Source: Candidatus Omnitrophota bacterium (GTDB lineage Bacteria; Omnitrophota; Omnitrophia; Omnitrophales; JACROU01). Taken from it: DNA of 64,000 nucleotides. A program made the position numbers and the translations under genes. Positions 9,823 to 19,285 of this stretch are shown piece by piece. The stretch is from assembly GCA_029261035.1 (NCBI GenBank), contig JAJDCD010000025.1, forward strand, positions 194,926 through 258,925, written 5' to 3'. How positions within the stretch are numbered: position 1 is the first letter of the stretch; each line of letters opens with the position of its first letter. The notes under the pieces were generated by a model. The model saw only the letters and a program-made list of their open reading frames with translations, was not told the DNA's origin and searched no databases.

Positions 9823-12800
9823 TTAGAACTCCCCTGTCAAACGAGCGTAAAACCCATTAAATTCATAACCACTATCTGGAGTAATTCCATCATCAAAATT
9901 TGAAAAATCATAACCAATACCTAATCGCATATAATCCATTAATTTACGATCAACCTCAAATAAGAATCCATGCTTACGGTCGTCTGCAGCGCTATCTTGA
10001 TACAACACTCGATACTCAGCAGAAATATCCCACTTACGAGTTACATGAAAATTAACTCTAGAAGCCCAAAGAAAACGATTCACAATAGAATCTTGACCCG
10101 TGTTTAAAGCAAATTTAGAACTTCTCAAAGCAACTTTTTGAACCAATTGGAAATATTTATTTACCTCATAAGCACCTTCAAACGCTACTGTATGAGATTT
10201 TTGCTGAAATGGAATTGCGTTCTGGAAAGCTCTATCAGGACTCTTATCATCTAAATAAGTGTATCGTGAGATAAAATTTAAACGATCAAATTTAATAGGA
10301 CGATAAGCGATTCCAACGTTCAATTCGGTAAAATATGATTCTGTTTGTTGTAGTGATTTACTACGTGTTCTAGAGGTATTCAAACGGCCTTTAAAAGTGA
10401 GGTCATCATTAAATTTAAATGTTGTAGAGTTTTGAAAGGTTATTTGATAACGTTCATTGGATGTAGTATCTTTTCTAAGCTCTGCTTTTGTTGCTGTTTT
10501 TAAACGTTTTCCATCATCATAGGCAACCGTTACAGAACCTGTATTACGTTTATCCGGAATACTCAACTCGTCAATAACACTGCGTTCATAAGTTGCATTA
10601 ACAGCCCATTTATTTGCTAGCTTAATTTCATAACCAAAAACATCTTGTTGATTAATTCCTGTAGAAGCGTAATCCGAATAGCGTTTTTCAGTATAGATAC
10701 GACTACGATCATCTAAAATATGGCTTGTTCCCATAGATGTCAAAAGACTTCTTTGACCATTATGACGATCTACAACAGAAAAGTTATTATAAATTCTAGT
10801 ATTCTCAGACAACTCTCGTTCAACACCAATCAAAACAGAATCCCCAATATTACCAATCATTTGCTCAAACCGAGCCGTGGTTTTATTATCAGGAAGTTTA
10901 ATTTCCGCTCCAACCCCAAACTGATTATTCGAATCTTCTCCACCCAAAGCCCACTGAGCCCGAACATAAGGTTTAAACCAATCATAAACTTGATAGGCTA
11001 CCTTAAGTGCAACTGCATTTTCAAAACGTTCGTTATCCAAAATATCTTCAACAGCTCTAAATGGCGTAGCTACATCAATATCTTGCTTACGATATTCCGC
11101 AATAATATCCCAAGGACCTCTTGCGTAAACAGCCTGCAACATGGTTGTTGTACGTTTCTCAGGATCAAAGAAAATTTGAGGGACAACAGATATTCTAGGA
11201 GCCACAATTTCAGCCTGATCATGTCTGAAACGCGCATGCAAATGATCTGTAATTTTATAACGCACATTCACACCATACTTCAATGTCCCTTGCTGACTCG
11301 CCAAATCTGAAACAGCAAAACCTGGTGTTAATTTCTGGAAATAAGCAGATAATTCTGTTCGTTTTCCAATACGTGTTTGCCCCTTAATTGAATAAGCTTC
11401 ACTTCTCGTTGGAGCACCTGTTTGATTATCTGCAAAGCTCAAACCGCCGTCGAAAGAAACTGCAGCACCGCCAGGGGTATTACTTGTCTCTGCAACTTCA
11501 GCAACAATCTTAGTATTTTCTCCAATACGCAAGGTAGCATCAATTCCTCTAACAATATAATCATCTGCTGTAGACAATGCTGTCTGCCTCACATAAGAAC
11601 CACCAAATTTTAAATTTTCCCCTACATTAGTCCAAGCACGAAGCCCTCTTGAATTAAAATCAAAAATTGCATGTGTTTCATATTCATAATCCGCAATTAA
11701 AATAACTCTATTTCCATTCAAAATATTATTAGAAATAATCGATTGCGAAGATGCCACCGAAAGAAGAGGTTTTGTTAAAATAATTCGGCCTGCCTGGTAA
11801 TCAATTTCATAATCTTGACCTTCAACAAGTTCTGTCTCTGTAATATTAATTCCCTGCACTTTATCCCGAACAACAACCTTTAATTTTTCACTCCCCTCAA
11901 TCACTAAACGATGTCTCAAATAATAAACAGACCCCCCGGTACCCACAAACTCATTATGATCTCCTGCTTGACGAGCACTCGCAGACATCATTGTCACACC
12001 CGCTTTAGCATCACCATATTTCGTCGTTGAAAGGGTTTCGTAATGAGCTTTAACGCCCGACAAAGTCCTGTTATATTGAACCAAATCAGTTTCATCAAAA
12101 TCAGTTTCAAAACTACCGTATTTAAAGAAAGATCTGTCCGCTTCAATCAGTAAATAGAATCGTTCCTGAGAATCCTGTGCACTGTAATCGATCACAGAAC
12201 CATCTCCATAAACAGGATAATAAGAATCTGGGTCTAAATTGGTAAACAGTCGAGAAAGGTTATCGCCCTCAGCACTATCATCCGAATCCATATGAGCTGT
12301 TACCAAGAAACGACCTTTAATCTTCCCTTTTAAATAAAAAGCCACTCTTCCATCTTGGTAGAAAGAGTCTTGAAATTCATCGGAGTCTCCTAAAGTTTCC
12401 GTACTTCCTTCAACTACGTTAAATCCCAATTCTCCTTCAGCAAGACCCACCATAAAAAAGTATCTATCTTTAACATCCACTTCTTTAGAGTAACTTACAG
12501 TAGAACCTTCACGATCGACACTTGCTACTTGAACATTATTAACACCATAAGGCATATACATAAGTTCATTAAAGACCCCTTCGGAGTCCACATTAACCTT
12601 TCGGTCATTAATAACAACATCCCTCTCATCTCCTACAGTTCCTCGAACTTGAACAGGAGCACCATATTTATCAAGGGGAATACTTTGTTTTCCATCTTTC
12701 TGTACGTTAAAGAAGCCCGTGTCACTAAAAGGTTGATCAAAACGCTGACCCTCACCGGTTAATTTATCAATAACTCTAAAGTATTTAAGTACAGTCCAGT

Positions 12801-14484
12801 CAGAAAAATTATCTCGGTCTGAAACAATCATGCGATAAGCATAATCCCCTGGTTCAAGAATTTTTTCATTGTCTCCAATACCCGACCATGGAACTTCTCG
12901 CGGAGGAGAACCTTCTCCATAACCTGTCCAAACCAACTCACCATATTCATTACGAACTTCAATTTTCCAATCAGAAATAAAGCTACCATAGTTTGTATCA
13001 AAATGAAAAACAGGATTTATTTCAAACATCCCCTGTCCTCTCTTTAACTCAAGAGGATTCATGCCAACATTAAGAATAGGATTTGCTTTATCCTGATACT
13101 GAGCCGCATAAACGTTCAACTCATCTTGATATTGTTCAGGAACTTGTCCTTTAGGGAGTTTTACAGCAAAACTAACCTTACTAAGCATCCCAGGAGTCGT
13201 TTTAAAAAGAAAGGTCTCTTCAGTAATAAACTTTGTTCCCTCAGGTAAAGAATGTCCATCTATTTTGATAAGATGCCTATTCGGCTCTAAACCTGGAATG
13301 TTATATTTACCATGATTATCTGTGTAAACAACAAGGCCATCTTCTGTTGCAAGACGAACATTAGGAATACCTTCCTCCCCTTCATCTTGCATCCCATTTT
13401 CATTTTTATCATTAAAAACCTTACCCAACAGAGTTCCTGAATCAAACAAACCATCCGGAATAATACGAATAGGAATTCTTGTAGCAGAACTTAAAATAAT
13501 TGACGTTAACGGGTTTCTTGCGGATATAACAATATCATACACCTCACCAATAGTAACTCCCGAGGTAACGAGAATTTGCATCGAGATAGGTCTAATTTCA
13601 CCTACAGCTAATGCCCCCTGAATTGGAAACGTGTGATTCGGTCCTGATTTTTCTGGAATTACAAGACGGCCATTCAAAAGCGCGGTATTTCTAACAATGT
13701 TTAAACCAAAAGGAATTGTTAAATTAATTTCAGAAGCTGGGATCGCTGCCGCTGTTGTATTTTGAATATTAAAAGAAAGTGTAATTAACTTTCCTGGCCA
13801 AGCTTCAACGTTATTGATACCGGTACTAATACTAATAGGAAAAAGTTTTGGAGCTCCTGTAAAGTTTTGAGTAAAAGCACCTCTAACATTATCAAAAACA
13901 ACGTCTCCAGCACCTAAACCTCCTGCCGCCAAGACTGTTGTTAGTGTAGCACGTGCAAAATTGGTTCCTGCAGGTGCAATCCCCTGTGCTGTAAAAGTAC
14001 CAAAAGCAGCTCCGGTGCTTGCTGTAGTAATTTGAGCGGATTGATAAGCCCCTATTTGAACGCCTCCTGCATTAAAAAACTCAAGACGAACAATGGCAAA
14101 ACCATCCCCCGCACCACCGGCTAAGTTCGGTGTTCTAGCATCCACCGAACAGCTAATATGATCTCCTGCTGTAACCCCTGTAATATTCTGAAAAATACCT
14201 GCCGTGTTTCCACCAAAAGCATTTACTTGAACAGAAGCGATTCCTTGAGTTAAGAATGGGGCTCCTATCGGACCTGGAGCTACAGTCACACGGTTGGCAA
14301 TCGTACCACCACCCGTACTAAATGAAGTCCAATCATTAGCGGTCGTCGCACCCCCAGCTCCAGCAGTTTCAAAGCCGGCATTGGTGACAACATTCGCCCA
14401 TGCACTTGGTGCTGCAAAAGCAAATAGCCCAAAAACGACAAGCCCTAACAAAATGTGATTTAACTTAAAGTTTTTATTCATCAT
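9823..14484 (-). CDS. Giant (1553 aa) putative outer-membrane or surface protein: signal peptide, Gly/Ala/Thr-rich N-terminal region, Cna-B / carboxypeptidase-regulatory-like fold, C-terminal predicted beta-barrel
   Basis: It has a signal peptide MMNKNFKLNHILLGLVVFGLFAFAAPSAWA. The first roughly 250 aa are rich in G/A/T with GGA-type repeats. The segment LGKVFNDKNENGMQDEGEEGIPNVRLATEDGLVVYTDNHGKYNI resembles SdrD-B / Cna-B folds. The last roughly 600 aa show the alternating hydrophobic pattern of beta-strands and end in ...GFYARLTGEF, the terminal Phe signature of outer-membrane proteins. Confidence 0.65.
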   Translation of the reverse strand: MMNKNFKLNHILLGLVVFGLFAFAAPSAWANVVTNAGFETAGAGGATTANDWTSFSTGGGTIANRVTVAPGPIGAPFLTQGIASVQVNAFGGNTAGIFQNITGVTAGDHISCSVDARTPNLAGGAGDGFAIVRLEFFNAGGVQIGAYQSAQITTASTGAAFGTFTAQGIAPAGTNFARATLTTVLAAGGLGAGDVVFDNVRGAFTQNFTGAPKLFPISISTGINNVEAWPGKLITLSFNIQNTTAAAIPASEINLTIPFGLNIVRNTALLNGRLVIPEKSGPNHTFPIQGALAVGEIRPISMQILVTSGVTIGEVYDIVISARNPLTSIILSSATRIPIRIIPDGLFDSGTLLGKVFNDKNENGMQDEGEEGIPNVRLATEDGLVVYTDNHGKYNIPGLEPNRHLIKIDGHSLPEGTKFITEETFLFKTTPGMLSKVSFAVKLPKGQVPEQYQDELNVYAAQYQDKANPILNVGMNPLELKRGQGMFEINPVFHFDTNYGSFISDWKIEVRNEYGELVWTGYGEGSPPREVPWSGIGDNEKILEPGDYAYRMIVSDRDNFSDWTVLKYFRVIDKLTGEGQRFDQPFSDTGFFNVQKDGKQSIPLDKYGAPVQVRGTVGDERDVVINDRKVNVDSEGVFNELMYMPYGVNNVQVASVDREGSTVSYSKEVDVKDRYFFMVGLAEGELGFNVVEGSTETLGDSDEFQDSFYQDGRVAFYLKGKIKGRFLVTAHMDSDDSAEGDNLSRLFTNLDPDSYYPVYGDGSVIDYSAQDSQERFYLLIEADRSFFKYGSFETDFDETDLVQYNRTLSGVKAHYETLSTTKYGDAKAGVTMMSASARQAGDHNEFVGTGGSVYYLRHRLVIEGSEKLKVVVRDKVQGINITETELVEGQDYEIDYQAGRIILTKPLLSVASSQSIISNNILNGNRVILIADYEYETHAIFDFNSRGLRAWTNVGENLKFGGSYVRQTALSTADDYIVRGIDATLRIGENTKIVAEVAETSNTPGGAAVSFDGGLSFADNQTGAPTRSEAYSIKGQTRIGKRTELSAYFQKLTPGFAVSDLASQQGTLKYGVNVRYKITDHLHARFRHDQAEIVAPRISVVPQIFFDPEKRTTTMLQAVYARGPWDIIAEYRKQDIDVATPFRAVEDILDNERFENAVALKVAYQVYDWFKPYVRAQWALGGEDSNNQFGVGAEIKLPDNKTTARFEQMIGNIGDSVLIGVERELSENTRIYNNFSVVDRHNGQRSLLTSMGTSHILDDRSRIYTEKRYSDYASTGINQQDVFGYEIKLANKWAVNATYERSVIDELSIPDKRNTGSVTVAYDDGKRLKTATKAELRKDTTSNERYQITFQNSTTFKFNDDLTFKGRLNTSRTRSKSLQQTESYFTELNVGIAYRPIKFDRLNFISRYTYLDDKSPDRAFQNAIPFQQKSHTVAFEGAYEVNKYFQLVQKVALRSSKFALNTGQDSIVNRFLWASRVNFHVTRKWDISAEYRVLYQDSAADDRKHGFLFEVDRKLMDYMRLGIGYDFSNFDDGITPDSGYEFNGFYARLTGEF

Positions 14485-14506
14485 CTATCTATGTGTGTGT
14501 AAAACG

Positions 14507-16090
14507 TTAAAAACGGTTGAGAGAAACGTTAATGCCTAAACGGTAATCCCTATCGGGAACACTGCTTGGAGGATTTCTCTTACTATATTGAGTTGATCCA
14601 ACACCTTCATATTCAAAAAATAATTTTGTTTTAAATAACCATTGAGAATTTAAAAATCGATAAGATCTAAAAGGCATCAAACGAACACCTGCGCCAACAA
14701 AATAACGGTTTTGAAAAAAGAATCCCGTTCCTGTTGTATTGACATGCTCAAAAAGAAAATAAGGCATCACTACTAACTCATCATTAATAGGATTCTCAGG
14801 CAAAGGAATTCGAGGCCATTTAATACCCATACGAACAGCTGAGTTTAAAACATAAGAATCAAAATCGTCTGTCGAGCCCAAACCTGTTTTAGAGAAGTAA
14901 TAATTTCCAAACCATTCTCCCCATAGAAAACTATCATCATCCCCTTCTTTAGGAAGATCAATACCCCACTCTTTAAAGTAGTCAATACCCACTTGAAGAT
15001 CATGGTCTCTATCGCCAAAGCTAATGTCTTTAATAGGGTCTCGGCGAGTATAAGTCAAATACATACGAATGTTCTTGGCCCATTCGGTCCAAGGAGACTT
15101 TTCTAAGGCTTTATTTAACCTAAAAGGACGATATTCCAAACCACCCGTCCAGTCAATGCTGTTACTAAATGCTCGAGAATTTGTTTCAAAACGAATAATA
15201 CCTTCTACGTATGGATCAATGCTTGATCCAAAAAATTTCAAACCTCTAAAAACAACTCGATTTGAATTAAACCCGGTAACGGCATTAAAACTACGATTAT
15301 CTAAATTAGTATTACGAAAAGTAGCTTCACCGACAGCTTGATATAAAAACCATTCATCTTCGGGATACTTGCCGTAGAATTTATTAAGTTCCAATCCATC
15401 AATAACATCAAAGAAAAATTCTTCTTCATTTTGAAAGTTAGGTTTCTCTCCCAAACCAACTTCTTCTTTGGCCGCTACTTTCTCAGCACCTGTAAAACTC
15501 TGAGAATAATTTTCTGCAACTTCAACGCTATCATCAAAATTTAAATTCTTAGCATCTAATATTTTTTTAATTTTTAAAACAGCTCCCTGAGCTTGTTCTA
15601 AATTTGAGAAAGCCTTTTGGCCAACCCAATACATTTGGTAGTCACTTCCATCTTTCTTTTTTAAGGTCACTTCTAAAATAGACGCGCCTTTATAATCGAT
15701 GCGTTTAGAATTAGACTCAAAATAATCTCGAGCTTCATCAACCGTTTGTACATCTTTTAAAATTCTAGTTTCTAAAATGGATTGATCAAAACCTGTAACA
15801 ACAGAAAAGAAAGAATTCCAATCGTCAACCTCTTGCTTGGTTAAAATAAAACTCAAACAATCATAAGTCGCATATTTCAAGCGCGTCTCATGAGGCATAT
15901 AAAACTGATCTTTAAATTGAGAAATGGAGGAGTCTTGATTAGAAGAATTTGTTTGGGCTAAAACAGAAGGCACACTGATCAGCTGAGCAGCAATAAAAAT
16001 AAACAGAAAGCTACTGAATAAAAAATGTTTCAAAACAGAGTAGTTGTATTTTAAATTTGAAGTAATTTTGGGGTGAATATCCATACTCAC
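14507..16090 (-). CDS. Putative outer-membrane beta-barrel protein (527 aa)
   Basis: An N-terminal hydrophobic signal HFLFSSFLFIFIAAQLISVPSVLAQ is followed by a C-terminal amphipathic beta-strand region ending ...LGINVSLNRF (terminal Phe). It is 22 nt downstream of the giant outer-membrane protein gene on the same strand. Confidence 0.6.
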   Translation of the reverse strand: MSMDIHPKITSNLKYNYSVLKHFLFSSFLFIFIAAQLISVPSVLAQTNSSNQDSSISQFKDQFYMPHETRLKYATYDCLSFILTKQEVDDWNSFFSVVTGFDQSILETRILKDVQTVDEARDYFESNSKRIDYKGASILEVTLKKKDGSDYQMYWVGQKAFSNLEQAQGAVLKIKKILDAKNLNFDDSVEVAENYSQSFTGAEKVAAKEEVGLGEKPNFQNEEEFFFDVIDGLELNKFYGKYPEDEWFLYQAVGEATFRNTNLDNRSFNAVTGFNSNRVVFRGLKFFGSSIDPYVEGIIRFETNSRAFSNSIDWTGGLEYRPFRLNKALEKSPWTEWAKNIRMYLTYTRRDPIKDISFGDRDHDLQVGIDYFKEWGIDLPKEGDDDSFLWGEWFGNYYFSKTGLGSTDDFDSYVLNSAVRMGIKWPRIPLPENPINDELVVMPYFLFEHVNTTGTGFFFQNRYFVGAGVRLMPFRSYRFLNSQWLFKTKLFFEYEGVGSTQYSKRNPPSSVPDRDYRLGINVSLNRF

Positions 16091-16257
16091 CGGGTATCCC
16101 TAAATGGGTTTTGCAAACACTATTAATGAATATTTAACTGCACATAATTGCGGTTATTTTAACCTAATCGTTATTTTTTGGCTATGAACAAGATTTAATA
16201 AAAGCATAAACTATTATAAATAAAGGACTTAGGATTTTGTGAAAATTTGACTTTTTC

Positions 16258-17079
16258 CTATTTCAGCCCTAAAACGTCCTTCATCGTATAAAAGCCCGAT
16301 TTTTTCGAAGACAAAAACTGAGCGGCTCTCAAAGCACCCGAAGCAAAAGAATCTCGACTTGAAGCTCGGTGTGAAATTTCAATCGTTTCTCCCTGCGTTA
16401 AAAAACGAACGGTATGTTCCCCTACAATGTCTCCACCCCGAAGCGCATGAACACCAATACTTCCTTTTTTGCGTTCACCTGTAAAACCTTTTCTACCATA
16501 AACTCCCATTTCATCCAGATCCACTTCTCTGCCCGCAGCAACACGTTTTGCTAATTCCAAAGCAGTGCCACTGGGTGCGTCATTTTTAAAACGATGATGC
16601 GTCTCGATAATCTCAACATCATATTCTTCATCCAATAATTTCCCTAACAATTCAGAAAGTTGAAATACAATATTTACACCCACACTCATATTCGGAGCCA
16701 AAACCACAGGAGTTTTTTTAGAAAGAGTTTGAACTTCTTCTAATTGAGCTTTTGAAAATCCTGTTGTTCCAATAACAATTCCTTTTTTAAATCCAGCTAA
16801 CTCTCGAATATGTTCCATAGTGACATCGGGATGAGTGAAATCAATAACAACTTCTGCATTCCCTATTTGTTCAGAAAGAGAATCTGAAACCTGTACCCCA
16901 TTCGCACTAATACCTGAAATCAGGTTAGGTAACTGAACTCCAATTTGAGGATGCCCTTTTGCTTCAACGGCGCCTACGATATCATACGGGCCTTGATCTG
17001 CTAGCTCAAGAATTCTCATACCCATTCTTCCGCAAGCTCCCGCAACGATAATTTTTGTATTTGAATTTTTTTGACTCAT
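16258..17079 (-). CDS. dapB: 4-hydroxy-tetrahydrodipicolinate reductase
   Basis: The N-terminal Rossmann motif KIIVAGACGRMGMRI and overall DapB-like sequence (EIIETHHRFKNDAPSGTA) support the call. The gene is 12 nt downstream of dapA. Confidence 0.9.
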   Translation of the reverse strand: MSQKNSNTKIIVAGACGRMGMRILELADQGPYDIVGAVEAKGHPQIGVQLPNLISGISANGVQVSDSLSEQIGNAEVVIDFTHPDVTMEHIRELAGFKKGIVIGTTGFSKAQLEEVQTLSKKTPVVLAPNMSVGVNIVFQLSELLGKLLDEEYDVEIIETHHRFKNDAPSGTALELAKRVAAGREVDLDEMGVYGRKGFTGERKKGSIGVHALRGGDIVGEHTVRFLTQGETIEISHRASSRDSFASGALRAAQFLSSKKSGFYTMKDVLGLK

Positions 17080-17091
17080 AACACCATTCCT

Positions 17092-17982
17092 TTACGCTTT
17101 GGCTTTTTTCTTTCGTTTGATCAGACCATGCTTTGTTAACATACTTTTCAACTTTGCCTTATTTGCTTTTTCCATCGTACATAATGGCAATCGAAACTCT
17201 TCTCTAACCATTCCCATTAAAGACAAAGCCGTCTTCACAGGGATTGGGTTCGTCTCTATAAATAAAGATTGAGCCAAGTCATAGATCTGATAATGAATCT
17301 GTTGAGCATCTTCAATATCACCATTCAAGTAAGAATGCACCAATCGAGACATTAAATTAGGAATAATATTAGCCACCACCGAGATCACCCCTCTAGCACC
17401 TACAGAAAGAAGAGGTAAGGTCAACGCATCATCCCCTGAAATAACGGTAATGTCAGAAGATTGTATAATTTCTGTCGCTTGATTCAAACTCCCACTAGCC
17501 TCTTTAATGGCAACTACATTAGGAATTTTAGCCAGTTGAGTCACTGTCTTAACATCCATAGAAACACCCGTACGGCTTGGCACATTATATAAAACAAAAG
17601 GAATATCTACTTTTTTAGCCAAAAACTCAAAATGTTTATACAAACCTATTTGAGTGGGCTTATTATAATAAGGAGTAACCACAAGCACACCATCTGCCTT
17701 AATCTTCTTAGCATGCTTCACAAGCAGCACTGCTTCAGCCGTGTTATTAGACCCCGCCCCACAAATAACAGGAACTTGTTTATTAACAACCTCTGTTACA
17801 TAACTCAGAACATCGCAATGCTCTTTATGAGACATAGTGGCAGCCTCACCCGTCGTACCACAAGGCACAATTACATCCGTTCCATTTTCTAAATGGAACT
17901 CCACTAACCTCTTCAAACCCGGAAAATCAATCTTTCCATTCTTAAGTGGTGTAACCAAAGCCACCATCGATCCCTGGAACAT
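17092..17982 (-). CDS. dapA: 4-hydroxy-tetrahydrodipicolinate synthase
   Basis: MVALVTPLKNGKIDF ... PCGTTGEAATMSHKEH ... VVAIKEASG contains the Schiff-base lysine context. A strong Shine-Dalgarno sequence AAAGGAGA precedes the ATG at 17980-17982. Confidence 0.9.
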   Translation of the reverse strand: MFQGSMVALVTPLKNGKIDFPGLKRLVEFHLENGTDVIVPCGTTGEAATMSHKEHCDVLSYVTEVVNKQVPVICGAGSNNTAEAVLLVKHAKKIKADGVLVVTPYYNKPTQIGLYKHFEFLAKKVDIPFVLYNVPSRTGVSMDVKTVTQLAKIPNVVAIKEASGSLNQATEIIQSSDITVISGDDALTLPLLSVGARGVISVVANIIPNLMSRLVHSYLNGDIEDAQQIHYQIYDLAQSLFIETNPIPVKTALSLMGMVREEFRLPLCTMEKANKAKLKSMLTKHGLIKRKKKAKA

Positions 17983-18148
17983 AAATGTCTCCTTTGTTTA
18001 TAGCTATCGGCCATCAGCTTTTAGCTTCTTCCGCCTGATGCGGATCTGCCAAGCTTTACGGCAGATAATAAATCCTAAACCAACTCTTATAAACAGCAAA
18101 CGCCTTTATCCCTAACACTAAATTAACAGTGCAAATAACAACCACGTA

Positions 18149-18220
18149 TCTCGTTATTAATACATAACGAGACAACATTATACCTAGGAAACAAGAGCCC
18201 TCGATGGCGCTCTTGTTTCC
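18149..18220 (-). promoter_or_regulatory. Structured region upstream of dapA: a 9-bp inverted repeat with a 6-nt loop, a TATAAT-like box, and a perfect 12-bp-stem hairpin
   Basis: There is an inverted repeat tctcgttat-taatac-ataacgaga at 18149-18172. Read on the minus strand, TATAAT is the reverse complement of 18177-18182. The hairpin ggaaacaagagc-N10-gctcttgtttcc spans 18187-18220 and is followed by the GTGAAGG motif. This region is followed by a leader of about 165 nt before dapA. Confidence 0.35.
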
Positions 18221-18264
18221 AACACCTTCACACACTCCCAAAGCGAATAATAGAAGAGGTTAGG

Positions 18265-18330
18265 TAGCGTTCCACGCCGCGAGTTGCGCAGCCCTAAAGG
18301 GCGAGCATGTCTGAGCGCCGGGGAACGCTA
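18265..18330 (-). repeat. REP-like structured 3'-UTR element, copy 1, 22 nt downstream of the dapF stop
   Basis: The sequence is tagcgttcc-aCGCCGCGAGTT-gcgcagccctaaagggcgagcat-GTCTGAGCGCCGg-ggaacgcta. It has a perfect 9-10 bp outer inverted repeat. Its flanks CGCCGCGAGTT and GTCTGAGCGCCGG are shared with copies 2 and 3. A central hairpin gccc-taaa-gggc is present. Confidence 0.6.
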
Positions 18331-18352
18331 CTCAACCTCCAACACATCTCAA

Positions 18353-19162
18353 CTAAGTAACAATCAACTCCCCACGAAAAGAGATATGAGCTTCTCCTTC
18401 CATAAAAACTTCTTTAACATCATCCCCTTCAAGCTCAAAACAAATCTTCAAAACTTCTCCACCCGTAGTAAATACATTCACGGGAGACTTTACTTTATTT
18501 TGAAGCGCTGAAATAAGCGCACTTGCCGTAGATCCAGTACCACAAGCAAACGTTTCAGACTCAACACCTCTCTCGTAAGTTCTAACAGAAATATCATGAG
18601 GGCCTGTTACTTCAACAAAATTAACATTCACACCTAAAGGACTAAACTTCTCGTGAAAACGAATCGCTCCACCAATTTCATTTACAGGAAAGTCTGAAAG
18701 ACTCTCTGGAAAATGAATCACATGAGGAACTCCCGTATTAATAAAGGATAATTCTTTTTTATTTCCATCGACATCCAGTTCAAATGCCGCTTTATAATCT
18801 ATAGGTTTCGTTAGCTGAACTTTAATTTTCTTTTCCGAAATCACCGCAGAAATAATACCTGCTCCTGTTTCAATTCTCATTTTATCTGGAAACTTTAAAA
18901 GCTCATGGGCAAACAAAGCAATACAACGAGAACCATTCCCACACATATCCGCTTCAGATCCATCCGCATTAATAATTCTCATTTTAAAATCTGCATCATC
19001 TGATTTCTCTACCAACAACACGCCATCCGCTCCAACACCGAACTGACGTACACACACATGTTGAGCAAATTCATTCACATCGGTTATAAAGCTCTCTCTG
19101 TGGTCAATGACAACAAAATCATTACCCGATGCTTGCATTTTATAAAAAGTAATTGTATTCAT
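18353..19162 (-). CDS. dapF: Diaminopimelate epimerase
   Basis: MNTITFYKMQASGNDFVVID and the active-site motif MCGNGSRC support the call. The ORF-track start at 19174 is a TTG. The ATG at 19160-19162 gives the canonical N-terminus. Confidence 0.9.
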   Translation of the reverse strand: MNTITFYKMQASGNDFVVIDHRESFITDVNEFAQHVCVRQFGVGADGVLLVEKSDDADFKMRIINADGSEADMCGNGSRCIALFAHELLKFPDKMRIETGAGIISAVISEKKIKVQLTKPIDYKAAFELDVDGNKKELSFINTGVPHVIHFPESLSDFPVNEIGGAIRFHEKFSPLGVNVNFVEVTGPHDISVRTYERGVESETFACGTGSTASALISALQNKVKSPVNVFTTGGEVLKICFELEGDDVKEVFMEGEAHISFRGELIVT

Positions 19163-19220
19163 AATCTTATCCAATCTGTAGCTATAAGCTCTCAGCTAAT
19201 ACCCCTTAGCTAAATCAACG

Positions 19221-19240
19221 ATCATCACACATGTGATGAT
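19221..19240. promoter_or_regulatory. 20-bp palindrome ATCATCACA-CA-TGTGATGAT upstream of dapF; candidate operator
   Basis: It has perfect 9-bp arms around a CA centre and lies 59-78 nt upstream of the dapF ATG. A near-identical palindrome occurs upstream of argF at 24376-24395, with the same flanks aacg...(a/g)ctg and the same upstream partner hairpin plus TTTTGTGAAGT. Confidence 0.5.
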
Positions 19241-19252
19241 GCTGTTACTTCA

Positions 19253-19285
19253 CAAAACAAACGTGCTCGACGTGCTTTTGTTTTG
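19253..19285 (-). terminator. Hairpin (9-bp stem caaaacaaa/tttgttttg, 15-nt loop) between the lysA 3'-UTR element and the dapF promoter region
   Basis: Read on the minus strand, the stem is followed by TTTTGTGAAGT. The positional equivalent upstream of argF (24410-24440) has a 13-bp stem. It may act as a terminator or attenuator between lysA and dapF. Confidence 0.35.

Noticed and set aside
10720-12762. Antisense ORFs of 196, 65, 63 and 77 aa inside the 1553-aa outer-membrane protein gene
   Set aside because: They give low-complexity Ile/Asn/Phe-rich translations opposite a long, clearly coding frame with a signal peptide and the C-terminal outer-membrane signature. They are most likely spurious.
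17983-18148. Lysine riboswitch (L-box) in the 165-nt dapA leader
   Set aside because: I could not find the hallmark conserved L-box segments as I remember them. There are only weak resemblances (AAAGGCG, GGCGGAAG). It is kept as a hypothesis to test with Rfam rather than reported as a feature.
18056-18511. ORF-track entries of 61 and 75 aa spanning the dapA upstream region and REP-like copy 1
   Set aside because: They overlap inverted repeats and hairpins, lack ribosome-binding sites, and their sequences are dictated by the palindromic DNA. They are more parsimoniously non-coding regulatory or structured DNA.
19162-19174. ORF-track start coordinates for dapF (19174), the SDR epimerase (48296) and the terminal methyltransferase (63999)
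   Set aside because: These positions are TTG or GTG codons on inspection. ATG starts with better ribosome-binding sites and canonical N-termini lie a few codons downstream, so the adjusted coordinates are reported. The track evidently allows alternative start codons.
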